DNA from: Cladosporium halotolerans
Lineage: Eukaryota
DNA length: 45,526 nucleotides
Direction: 5' to 3'
Assembly (NCBI RefSeq): GCF_011745625.1
Contig: NW_027191466.1
Span: 558,001-603,526, forward strand
In this document: positions 34,701-45,526 of the stretch, one piece after another
Layout: each line of letters begins with the position of its first letter
Numbering within the stretch: position 1 is the first letter of the stretch
Program-made: the position numbers and the translations under genes
Notes under the pieces: model-generated
Database searches by the model: none
What the model saw: the letters and a program-made list of their open reading frames with translations, nothing else
Told to the model about the DNA's origin: nothing

Positions 34701-35762
34701 CCGCTGACCCGGCCAACCCCGACTCCATCGAGCAGGTCACCAACGAGGCCGGTGGCGTCTGGTACCCCAACTCGGCCTTCAAGACCGCGCAGGCGATCCG
34801 CGACTTCAACAACGGCGAGCAGCTGCCGCTCATGATCCTCGCCAACTGGCGCGGCTTCTCCGGCGGCCAGCGCGACATGTACAACGAGGTGCTCAAGTAC
34901 GGCTCGTACATCGTCGACGCCCTCGTCAAGTACGAGCAGCCTGTGTTCGTGTACATCCCTCCGTTCGGCGAGCTCCGTGGTGGTTCTTGGGTAAGTTTAT
35001 CTAGTCTTCTAAACACGCAGAATCACCAGCTAACAAACGACACAGGTCGTCGTCGACCCCACCATCAACCCTCAATTCATGGAAATGTACGCCGACGAAG
35101 ACGCCCGCGGCGGCGTCCTCGAGCCCGAGGGCATCGTCGGCATCAAGTACCGCAAGGAGCGCCAGCTCGAGACCATGGCCCGCCTCGACGAGACCTACGG
35201 CAACCTCAAGCGCCGCTCCCTGCAGAAGGACCTGTCCCCCGAGGAGCAGACGGAGATCAAGAACGCCATGACCGAGCGCGAGACCCTCCTCCTGCCCGTC
35301 TACCTCCAGATCGCCCTGCAGTACTCCGACCTCCACGACCGCGCCGGCCGCATGAAGGCCAAGGACACCATCCGCATGCCCCTCGTCTGGTCCAACGCCC
35401 GCCGCTTCTTCTACTGGCGCCTGCGCCGCCGCCTCAACGAGGAGTACGTCCTCAAGCGCATGGCCGCCGCTTCGCCGCGCGAGCTCGCCGCCAGCCGCGG
35501 CACAAGCCTCAAGACCCTCGAGGCTTGGAGCCAGCTGCCGGCTTTCGGCACCGACGACATGAGCGTCGCGGTCTGGTACGAGGAGAACAGGAAGAGCATC
35601 TCCGAGCGCATCGAGAAGATGAAGGCGGACGCCGTCGCGTTCGACGTCGCGGCGCTGATGAGGAGCCACAAGGACGGTGGCCTGGCGGGTGTCATGCAGG
35701 TGCTTGGCATGCTGCCTGTGGAGGAGAAGGAGGAGGTGCTGAGGAGGTTGGCGAAGGCTTAA
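28713..35762 (+). CDS. ACC1: Acetyl-CoA carboxylase (multidomain BC-BCCP-CT); introns 28920-28992, 29259-29325, 34991-35045
   Basis: [54 protein letters not shown], biotinylation motif EVMKM, CT motifs [15 protein letters not shown] and [12 protein letters not shown]. Stop TAA at 35760-35762. The start could be 28713 or 28734. Confidence 0.97.
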
Positions 35763-36881
35763 GGGCCTTGTATGAATCTGGGAGAAGGCGATTACGATTA
35801 TGATGGGGTCGTGTAGAGTGGGGGGTTGGATTTGGTCGGTGGATTATACTTTTCTTTGATTGTGCTTCGCATGGTGTTTCTTCCTGCGTTTTTTTAAATG
35901 GATGGGGGGTTTTGGACTGGTTGGCTTTTTATGTGGATATGCATGTGGCTTTTGTCTTTGATCATGTGCGTACTTGATAGATTTCTAATGACTCGTTATC
36001 ACTTGTTCTTGTGCCCGATTTCTTCAATTGCGGAGAGGGTTGAGTAGCTTGGTGGAGGCGCTTACCTTATTTCCGTGATGTCTGGTTTACATGCTGGAAG
36101 GGAGACTAATGGTATGCTCGGATAATGCTTCAGCCTTTCCACACTGGCTTCCAACCTCCACCCCTCTCTTATTGCTCGGTACTCTATTACCACAGGGCAA
36201 GAACTTCCATCAACCGAACCCTAAGCACCCCCATCGACTATGCGTTTCAGCAGCGTGGTGCCGACCGCACCCGAGTCATGAACTGCCCAACTTCGCAAGC
36301 CACACGACGGATTTTCAACCTAGCGAAACAACCGAAGTGAACTGTGGGTTTGTGCGACCAGGGGGCCGTCGCTCACGGCGTGCTAGCCGCCTACTTCGAC
36401 TACACGCTTGCCCTAGTTTGAGCCAAGCCTCCGAGACTTCGCTAAGCAGTTCGGCTTGGGGTTTGCCGGTCGGAGGTAGATTGAGCTGTGGTGGGAGAGT
36501 GTAGGGCTGTCTATCTTTGTGGCATGGTTTGGTATGGGCGACTTTGTCTTGGACGGAGTACACGGCCTGGATTTCCTTGGGTCTTGAGTGCTTTGCGGAA
36601 GCCCTCTGAAGCCCTCTGCGAGTTGCGACGCTCGCGTGCTCACTTTGGACCCACCTGCTTCTCTGTTAGCATGTGGTTTGCATGGAAGGCGGAGATGAGA
36701 GAAGGCTACGCTCAGGTGTGGTCGCCTGAGGTCGAGATGGTCCGATCGTCGACCGAGATCTGGCGGTAGGTATATAGGGTGGTGAGTCCCTCTGATCTGA
36801 ACCTTCTCTCCTGCTCATACTGTTTTCATATCGTCTGTTCTCTATCACATTCATTCTTTCTCTTTCTTCAATCATCTCACG

Positions 36882-37970
36882 ATGAAGTTCACTCTCTACA
36901 GCGCCCTGGCGGCGCTTACCACCAGCACCCTGGCTGCTCCCCTTTTCACCAGACAGGCCAACGCCACCAGCTCCGTGAACGGCACCACCAGCGCCAACAG
37001 CACATCCAGCGGCGCCGACGGCCCCGTCGGCTACGCCTCTCTGAACGGCGGCACCACCGGCGGCGCCGGCGGCTCCGAGACGACCGTCACCTCCATCGAC
37101 GAGCTGCTGGCCGCGGTCGAGGGCGACGAGCCCGCCATCATCTACATCGACAGCGTGCTGTCCGGCAGCTCGGAGAAGATCCGCGTCGGCAGCAACAAGT
37201 CGATCCTGGGCCGGAGCTCCAAGGCCGGCATCGAGGGCGCGGGCCTCTTCATCAAGGAGGCCAAGAACGTCATCGTCCGCAACCTGGCCATCAGCAAGGT
37301 CAACACGGGCGAGAAGGACGCCATCGGCGTCCAGAAGTCCGAGAACGTCTGGATCGACCACTGCGACTTGTCGTCCGACCTCGACCACGGCAAGGACTAC
37401 TACGACGGCCTCGCGGACTTCACCCACGGCTCCGACTACATCACCGTCAGGTAAGCAGCCAAAACCCCTCCCCTCAACCCTCCCTCCTCCCCACCCAAAC
37501 TAACACCCCAACCCCCCAGCAACACCAAATTCCACGACCACTACAAAGCCTCCCTCTGCGGCCACACCGACAGCAACGCGGACGAAGACGCCGGCAAGCT
37601 GCACGTGACCTACGCCAACAACCACTGGGCCAACATCAACAGCCGCATGCCGCTCGTGCGCTTCGGCACCGTGCACGTCTTCAACGGCTACTACGAGGGC
37701 GGCAGCATGGGCGACAGCGCCGTCAACACCCGCATGGGCGCCCAGGTGCTCGTCGAGAGCAACGCCATGGCCGGCATCAAGGACGCCGTCGTGTCGGAGT
37801 ACTCGGACGAGGACGGCTACGCGGTCGTGAGGGGCAACGATTTCGGCGAGGGCGCCAACACTGCTCCTGAGGGGACGCTGACCAGCGTGCCGTATGAGTA
37901 TGAGCTGCTCGGCAGCGAGAATGTCGAGGCGGCTGTTGTGGGTGTTGCGGGCAACACGCTTACTCTTTGA
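36882..37970 (+). CDS. Secreted pectate lyase (polysaccharide lyase family 1); intron 37451-37519
   Basis: Signal peptide MKFTLYSALAALTTSTLA, GYASLNGGTTGGAGG, VGSNKSILG, NVIVRNL, KDAIGV, VWIDHCDLS, YYDGL and NSRMPLVRFGTVHVFN. Confidence 0.93.
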
Positions 37971-38481
37971 GGGGTTGACTGGTGAGTTGAGGGCGAGGAG
38001 GGCACTGGGGAAAGTGGCTTGCGAGCAGCGTGTGAGCGCGTTTTGTGCGGACGTACATGTACCTTTTTTTATCTAGAGCGCGATAATGCAGGTCGTTTTC
38101 GAGCGAAACTTGGGGGTTCCTTTCTTACCTTCTCGCAGGGGTTGTGTTCTTTCGATGTTCAGGGCTGGTCGGAGATCGGTTTTGAGATGTCGCGCGTGCG
38201 GCGATGGCGTGATCAAGAGCGGTGTAGAGAGCGTTAGTTGCGTGAGGATACCTAGACGGGTTGCGTGAGCGTCACGGTAAAAAGCAGGCTTCGGCTGGTT
38301 TGGGGACACGACGAGTAGGCGTCTCGCGTAAGTCGAAGTGGAAAATAAAGCCTTAGGGAGAGAAGATCCGGGGCAGTCTCTTGGAAAAACGCTCATCACA
38401 TACGCTGCTATGAAGGATTTGCGGGGATATTGTTTACGTTTGCGGTGCGGAAGAGAGGGTATAATCTTCAAAATGCTATTG

Positions 38482-40005
38482 CTACTCCTCGGCGACGAGG
38501 TTCTGGCCGTCTTTCAGGCCCTCGACCTTGAGCTCGTGGCCCTCGGCTCTCTGGTAGATGTCCTTGACGTCGTCTGTGAATGGTGTCAGCGGAAATGCCT
38601 TGTCCTTACGGCTAATGGGTGCTTACCTGTAGTGGACTCAAAGTGGCTGGACGCGTCGTAGCTCTTCGAGATGAAGATGTTGTCCTTCTCGCCGCTGTCA
38701 AGCGGCTCGTACAGAGGGATGGGAGCGCCCATGAACTTCTCCTCGATCTTGCCCAGGCGGTCGAGACCGGGCTGGATCTCGAGGTGGTGGTTCGCGTCGG
38801 TCTCGGCAATCGTGCTGACGATGGCAATGTAGTAGCCCTTGGGGCAAACGTTGTGGGCCCACGAGACCATGGCGATGTAGATGTCGTGCTTGCGGCCGAC
38901 CTGCGACTGGGGGATGATGAGCTGCACGGAGTCGCTGTTATCCGTCTTGTCGATCGGGTGGTTGAGGATGCAGATGGCCTTGATCAGGTGGCCGACGACC
39001 TTGGCCTTTTCGGGGAAGTAAGAGGGATCCGCGAGGATCTTGCTGCACTTGGTCTCGAACTTCATGCCGTCGCCCTCCTCTCCGCGCTCTTTCATGGTGG
39101 CACGGATGCCAGAGACCTTGCCGTTCTCGTACTTGACCTCCTCGACGTTGGTGTTGAGCATGTAGGTACCGCCGTAGATGGCGGAAAGGCGAGCGAAGCC
39201 CTGGGGCAGCTCGCCCAGGCCGTACAGAGGGTAGATGTAAGGAGACTTGCCGTAGCGAGCCATGGAGTTGACGTAAAGGCGGATACGCTCGACGCAGTCC
39301 TTGGCCATACCCTTGGTGTCGATGTAGTCGTCGGTGGCGTAGAGGGCCATGCTGTGGCCAATGAAGTCACGGGTGCCCTGCTCGAGGCCGTACTTGTCGT
39401 ACACCTGCTTCATGGTGGTCTGTGAGAGGTTCATGCCTGTGGTATGCTCATCAGCTGCGTGTTCCTACACCCAACTATATCCTCGTCTCTCAAGACCTAC
39501 CGTTGTGTGTGCTCGGGTTCGTCTCATCAAAGCTGCCCACCCACTGCAGGAAGTTCTTCGCACGTCTCTTCTCAAACATGCCCATCAACGGGCTCTTGAG
39601 GGCCTCGCTCGCATCCGAAGGCACCTTCGCAACAGTAGCCTTTGCGCCGTTGCCCTGCTGGACGTAGCTGCCAGCGATCTGCTTGAACTCGAGATATCTG
39701 GTGACGTCGGTGGAGACGAGGATGTTGGTGAGCTCGCCATTGCTCATCAAGAGCTTGGGGACGAGGTCGATGTTCCAGTCGTTTGCCCTGCCATACTTCT
39801 TCCACGGCTCCGTGCCCTCCTGGTAGTTTCCGTACTTCTTGAACAGGCTCTCGATGTTGACGGATGCAGACTCTCCGCCGTAGTGGTCGTTGCGGTCAAT
39901 GTGCAGCACCTTCTTGCCCTTGACGGAGAGCACGCCGGAGAGGACGCACTCGGTCAGGCCGGTGCCCAGGACAACAACGTCGTATTCGGGGGCGATCTCG
40001 TCCAT
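38482..40005 (-). CDS. GDI1: Rab GDP-dissociation inhibitor; introns 39500-39437 and 38626-38574
   Basis: MDEIAPEYDVVVLGTGLTECVLSGVLSVKGKKVLHIDRNDHYGGESAS, NDWNIDLVPK, YGKSPYIYPLYGLGELPQGFARLSAIYGGTYML and SKSYDASSHFE. Confidence 0.97.
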
Positions 40006-40934
40006 GTTTGCGGTGTGATGTGTGAGGTGGTAGCTCGAGTGAGGGAGTGGCACAAGGAGAGAGAGGTGTACCTGGAGCGGTCAATAGCGTGGGCAGGCTA
40101 GAAGCCAGGATCAAGTGGGGGTTGCTGCCCCACAACCCTTCGGCAGGCTGCTGCACATGCCATCATCCCTGGATTTGAAACGTCTCTGAAGACACGGAGA
40201 AGGCGGGCGAGATTCAGCATGCGTTTGACATGACTAGCATTTGGCTGCAAGCCATTATGAAGGCATACTCAGCTGAAAATGAAGCTGGCCGTTCTTTGTG
40301 AAGGCGAGAACACAGGCATAAGCTTTGGGGCACGGTCTCTCAGTGGGCTCAGTCCTGATGAACATCCCGTGCTGGATGGTATGAGCGCAGTTCATCATCT
40401 ACTGACGGGCTGCCCCTGAGCAGTCTCGAGCCATCTTGGGCCGCATCGGCTGTCAAGGCGCTCGTAGCTAGATGACGAAACTGTCACCAGGCTGTTGCTG
40501 CTCAGCAATCGGATGGTTACCACTCACAGATGCTCCTCAGTCGTGACCAGACAACACCTGTTACACCCTCGGGCTCAGAGCGTCGCTCCTATGAGCTATC
40601 AGGGCTTAGCCGAGGGAGGACTCGGCGACGTTGTTCGCTGGCACTGAAATGGCTGGTGACTCGACTGGTAGAAACACAAGGTAAGTCAAAACATGGTACT
40701 GCAGTCGCTCACGTGTTACATGGCGAAGTCAGATGCGTGTTCGCTCCTTCCTGCGCACTCACTCGCCGCAGCGAACGCTTGACAGCATGCGCTTTAGGCA
40801 GTGCCGTCGTTTGTCACAACAATCGTGTGCCTTCACTTTCGAAGACCAAACACTCGCATTACAAAACTGGAGAGAGTGGAGAGAGAGAAACCCCATTAAA
40901 GCCGTTTCTCGCGACAAGAACATCAACGCCAACT

Positions 40935-42862
40935 ATGGAGCTGCCCAACATGCACTGCCGAGATGCAGAGACGACAACGCAAAGGCTCGCCAGCAGCGAT
41001 AACAACAACTACTACGGCCTCGGCGAGTCGCATGAAGACCCCGCACATCGTAATGAAATGAAAGGCTGGAAGATGTTCTCTATCATCACTGCCCTAATTC
41101 TAAGCATCTTCCTCTGCTCGCTCGATTTGACCATCATCGCTACCGCCATCTCGCGCATTACGGATGATTTTCGCAGCCTCGAAGACGTCGGCTGGTACGG
41201 CTCCGCCTTTCTCCTGCCCTTTGCAACCACGCAGTCTGTCTGGGGCAAGCTGTACAAATACTTTGATCTGAAGTCCATCTTCCTGATCGCCATCGGGGTG
41301 TTCGAAGTCGGGAGTGCCATCTGCGGCGCCGCTCTGAACAGCCCAATGCTCATTGTTGGTCGAGCCGTGACTGGTATAGGAGCTGCTGGTGTCGTGAGCG
41401 GATGCTTCTGCATCATTGCTTGCTCGGTTGCGCCACACAAAAGACCGCTGTACACTGGCGTGCTGGGAGCCACGTACGGCGTGGCGAGTGTCATGGGTCC
41501 ACTCCTTGGAGGAGTGTTCACGGACAAAGTGTCGTGGCGTTGGTGGTGAGTTACACTCTATAGCAAACCGCTCACTGGTCCTAGACATCTTGAGCTCAGA
41601 AGAAAGTAATCAACCATTCCCATGAGCGTCCAGCTAATCGTAGAGCAGCTTCTACATCAATCTGCCTGTGGGCGCCTTCGCAGCTACTGTGATATTCTTT
41701 ACTTTCTCCGTCCCGGACACCGCACGCATTCCTATTGATCGGTCTCTTCCTCTGAAGGAAGTTTTCTTCCAAATGGACCTCCCAGGACTCATACTCATAG
41801 TCGGAGCGATACAATGTCTATTGCTGGCCTTGTACTGGGGCGGTGTGACGAAACCGTGGAGCTCTAACGATATTATCGGCACGTTGCTCGGTTTTGGCTT
41901 ACTATCATTGGCTTTCATCGCAGTCGAGTTTCTGCAAGGGCGATACGCTATGGTAGTTCATGGGCTAATTAGGAAGCGTGAGGTTTTGGTTGGAAGTGCG
42001 TTCAGTTTCTTGTGAGTACAAACTGTGTAGCTGATGCGCCTGGTTCTTCGCTGACAAACCCCAGCATAGCTGGATCACTCTTAGTTCTGATCTACTTCCT
42101 TCCCATATATTTCCAGGCCGTCCAAGGTGTCTCCGCCATAGACAGCGGGCTCCGCAACCTGGCACTAATCATACCCGTCTGTACGCATAGCCTGAAATGA
42201 CCTTACAAATTATCTAGCTCACAGACTAACCGAGACGTCCAGCGATCTGTACAATCATCGTCGGCGGCCTGATCACTCTCTTCGGCTACTTCGCCCCTTT
42301 CATGCTCGTGGGCTCCTGCCTCACCGTGATCGGAGCCGGCCTGATCTACACATTCAAAGCAGACTCGAGTCCGGGCATTTGGATCGGCTACCAGATCCTC
42401 ACCGGCATTGCATTCGGCCTCGCGTTCCAGACTCCAATCATGGCAGCCCAGGCTCTCGCCAAGCACGAAGACGTCGCTACAACGACAGCCATTCTCTACT
42501 GTACCGCCTTCGTCTTCGAATCACTTCTTCCACGGTCCAAAGCTAATGTCAGCACAGTCTTCCAACTCCTCGGCGCCTCCATCTTCGTCTCAACCGCCGA
42601 GTCCATCTTCAGCAACAAGCTGATTTCCAGCCTGCTGGTGAACGCGCCCACCGTCGATCCCCGCGTAGTCGTCGCCGCCGGCGCAACGCGATTCCGCGGC
42701 ATTTTTGCTCCGACGGAAGTTGAAGAAATAGTCTCTTCTTACATGGAGGGGCTGAGCGCGACCTTCCTCCTCGCCGTCGTACTCGCGGGCTGCGCGGCGC
42801 TCGCGAGCTTGTTCGCGCCGTGGGTGAGCATTAAGGGGAAGATTGTCGTTGGCGGCGCATGA
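40935..42862 (+). CDS. MFS drug/toxin:H+ antiporter (DHA2, 14-TM; AflT/GliA/ToxA-like), 5 exons
   Basis: Introns 41546-41648, 42012-42064, 42181-42242 and 42501-42557. It has [61 protein letters not shown] and [15 protein letters not shown]. Confidence 0.9.
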
Positions 42863-43140
42863 GAGTCGAAAATTCACGGCAAAGGGTGCGTCCTGACTAC
42901 AGAAAACGCTACTGATACGTTGACACACACGTAATGGTTCAGATGAAGTTTTGATTTTGCTTTTTGCTACGCCGAGCGTGAGGGTCTATTACATCTTGTC
43001 GCGTTAATGATCGTGGTCAGGTGTGTATCTATCCGTCTATGGTTCGTGTCTCATTTACTCCCCATTATTTTCCGTCGACTTTTTGGTGGAGGTGCTGTCT
43101 GACGACAGGCTGGTTTGCTGAAGCCAAGGGTTTTTCAGGC

Positions 43141-44273
43141 TTAGATGCAGTGGAGCTCGCCGCCAGCGTGGGTGTGGCAGTGCTAGGGATCGGTCAGTTT
43201 GATGGTTCGAAAGGGCCTAGAATTGATTTGATGCTTCAACTTACCGACTCAGCAGACTCAGTGGCAGACTCCGTGGTCGACTCCGCGTCGTCCATGGTGC
43301 TGGTGGGCGCCTGAGTCGTCGCAGCCTCAGCGGTCTCAGCAGCGGAAGTAGTCTCGGCGGCAGTGGAAGTAGCAGCGGCGGCAGAGCTGGCGGTCGAAGC
43401 AGGAGCAGCCTCCGCGTCCTCCTCCTCAGGCACATACACGCCCGTGCAGCCCTGGCCGGGGACGGCGATGTCGAAGGCCCAGACGTCGAGGGCGAAGTAC
43501 TGCAGGGTGTGGGCGTTGCGCACGGCCTGCGCGGGCGTCTCCTGCGCGAGCGCAAGGCACTCGTCGTAGGTGTCCGCGTAGTGGAAGACTGTGGCCTCGC
43601 CGATCTTGTCCGTGTGGAACAGGCGGTGGATCAGGTCCGAGGCGAAGAAGGAGGCCAGCTCGCCGCCGGCGACCGTGTAGCCGTGTCCGCACATGGAGGG
43701 CAGGTACCAGCGAGAAGTGTAGGAGAGCTCGCAGATGACGGTCTCGTCGGAAGCGTTGCTGCCGCGCCAGTGGCCGGCCCATTCTGGGAATTTGGTTAGT
43801 ATCGATGTGTGAGAAGACGGTCGAAGGTTTTGCTTACCATCCTGAGTGGCGCAGTTCTGGTCGGGGTCGTCGCAGCGGAAGATCACGCCGGACTTGTCAC
43901 CGCGGACAAGTCTGTCGTACCAGCCAGCGGGCTCAGCAGTGGGAGCCTTGCCGAAGTACTTGGTGTAGTAGGCGGAGCTGTTGCCGAACCTGAGGATGTG
44001 GTCGCGGGCGTGGGCGGCCATCATCTCGGTCTCGGTGATGGCCTGGTGGAGCATGGCGGTCTCGGTGGCATTGCAAGACTTGTGGATCTCGTACTGGCTC
44101 ACGGCGCCCTCGGCCCAGTCGTGGACAGACGGCGACTGGAGGGTCGAGCTGGTGTTGTCCTCGTAGGAGCTGCGGCCATTGCTAGCACCGTAGGAAGAGG
44201 GCAGGCCTTGGGGAGCTGCAAGAGCCGAAGGCAGAACTGCCGCGGCCAAGGCTTGAAGAGCGAGGGAGTACAT
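43141..44273 (-). CDS. aspf2: Secreted zincophore of the Asp f2 / Pra1 / Zps1 family; introns 43837-43784 and 43244-43183
   Basis: Signal peptide, [48 protein letters not shown], the degenerate metalloprotease motif [27 protein letters not shown], an Ala/Thr/Glu linker and the last exon [13 protein letters not shown]. Confidence 0.93.
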
Positions 44274-44473
44274 GATTTAAGGTCTTTGGAGGTTGAGGGA
44301 AAGCGAAGGTTGGATGGTTGGTTCTCCGCCAGTTGTTGCAGTCAATGGCCTGCCTTATGTACTCCTCGGAGGGCTTTCTACCGGGCATGACGAGCCTTGG
44401 ATCAACCAGATTCTTTCAGGCCTTGAGGTCTTCGCCGTGGCTTCGCGGAAGTGGCGTCCTCGAAAGCGTTCTT

Positions 44474-45387
44474 GCCAAGTGCTGTACACCTTGGCGAAGG
44501 AGCCGACCATCAAGGTCTGGGTGAAGTCTCTGCCTCAACTACTCTTTACGGTTGCATTTGCTCGAGAGTGTTCGGCTACAGCATCGAGTATCCGGGCCGA
44601 TGCTGAAGCATGTCCGGGTTTTCAGCCCGAGAGCGAACCAACACTCGAACGTTGCTCTCGTTGGAGCTCCACGAGGAGTTCGCGCGTGCATATGGAGTGT
44701 TCAGTTAGATCGAACGCTAGACCGCCTGGGCCCGGCTCCGAGCGACATGCAGCGTGGTCCAACGGTCTACGAGTGGAGTAGCAGGGTCGTTCGGCTATAC
44801 CGTAACCCTCCGCCTCGTGGACTATTGCTTGCCTTACCCGAAGCAGGAATCCGCCGCGGTGCTACTTGACCCGAGTGGCATACCATCGGGTAAAACCTGT
44901 TCGAGCAGATTCCTTTGGGGCCGTTGGGTTGCTCGCTGGGATCTTGACTCCGTGGCGAAGCGACCTGTGAGTTCCTGACTCGTCTTTTGAAGGACAGCCC
45001 TGGCTTCCATTGGACATACGCCATCATTCTCATGAACCTGGCGACTGCAATCTAAAGCGGCAGTTACGAAAATGCACTCCGGTCAGTGAGGCTCTCATGC
45101 ACAATACGAGCTGTCATTTTTTCCGGTCGATCATTCGGCGCCACTTTAGTCAACACCGCGCTACCAGAACTGTACTGCGGCTCTTTGGAACATGCATGGA
45201 AGCAAGATCTTCTCAATTATGTCTTTGGACCCCATAGTCGCACGTGCTGCTTGCCGAACGTGGAGACAGACGTTGTCGGGCATCCATCAAGGTGTTCTTG
45301 GCTCCTTTCCAGCCAACCCAGCCGGCGGCCCGTTGAATGCTCTTAACGTCCTTTCCAACCGCGCCGTCTGTCTTGTTTGCCCTTGGC
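44474..45387. promoter_or_regulatory. Putative ZafA zinc-response (CAAGGT) and PacC (GCCARG) sites upstream of the zincophore gene
   Basis: CAAGGT cores at 44488-44493 (reverse), 44511-44516 and 45288-45293, with CCATCAAGGT occurring twice. GCCARG/CYTGGC at 44474, 44490, 44999, 45037 and 45382. Confidence 0.55.
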
Positions 45388-45526
45388 GAAATTGGCGATA
45401 CATTGATGGTCAGCACCTCCGCCTTCAATACTTACACTGGGCTATAATAATTTAATGGTAGATATTAAAGACAATTACTTAATGCTTTAGCTAGCAAAGC
45501 AAAATATATTGTTATGTAAAGAAATG

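Noticed and set aside
36049..36056. TCCACCAA (GaaR/GARE-like, reverse strand) ~830 bp upstream of the pectate lyase
   Set aside because: Single short match close to the ACC1 3' region; not distinguishable from chance.
36779..37870. 363-aa Arg/Gln-rich + strand ORF overlapping the pectate lyase
   Set aside because: Alternative-frame artefact of GC-rich codon usage in the pectate lyase gene.
40530..40934. 135-aa N-terminal extension of the DHA2 transporter ORF
   Set aside because: No homology-like features. ATG 40935 (aactATGg) has good context and gives a normal-length DHA2 N-terminus.
45040..45440. Possible minus-strand gene remnant (GTAAGT donor-like site and short protein-like stretches)
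   Set aside because: Frames are interrupted by stops and no family is recognisable, so a pseudogene call cannot be supported without a search.
1..45526. tRNA/rRNA genes, CRISPR arrays, intact transposons or secondary-metabolite backbone genes (PKS/NRPS)
   Set aside because: None recognisable by eye. The DHA2 transporter has no adjacent biosynthetic genes, and ACC1 is the housekeeping enzyme.

Overview
Gene-dense eukaryotic DNA from a filamentous ascomycete (Pezizomycotina; Dothideomycetes-like, inferred from short GT-AG introns with CTRAC branch points, codon usage and gene content). It holds 17 protein-coding genes. In order: 3' part of an Aurora kinase, ATP23, HOS3-type histone deacetylase, a BTB protein, an amidase/MFS divergent pair, a thymine 7-hydroxylase (T7H)/iso-orotate decarboxylase (IDC) divergent pair, a bacterial-type homoserine-dehydrogenase-like SAF-domain oxidoreductase, an S10 carboxypeptidase, an amino acid permease, NudE, acetyl-CoA carboxylase, a PL1 pectate lyase, Rab GDI, a DHA2 MFS transporter and an Asp f2/Pra1 zincophore. 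Main findings: (1) the T7H gene can only be spliced in frame through its catalytic HTDYGS motif if a 113-nt intervening sequence is a nested spliceosomal twin intron ([D1,2]/[A2,3] stwintron); (2) a ~10-kb block (amidase, MFS, T7H, IDC, SAF oxidoreductase) has dense GATA sites in both divergent promoters and may be an extended nitrogen/pyrimidine-scavenging cluster that includes a probable bacterial acquisition; (3) the zincophore promoter has ZafA- and PacC-like sites but no visible ZIP-transporter partner before an abrupt AT-rich edge. All calls come from reading the sequence and recalled family motifs; no database search was run.
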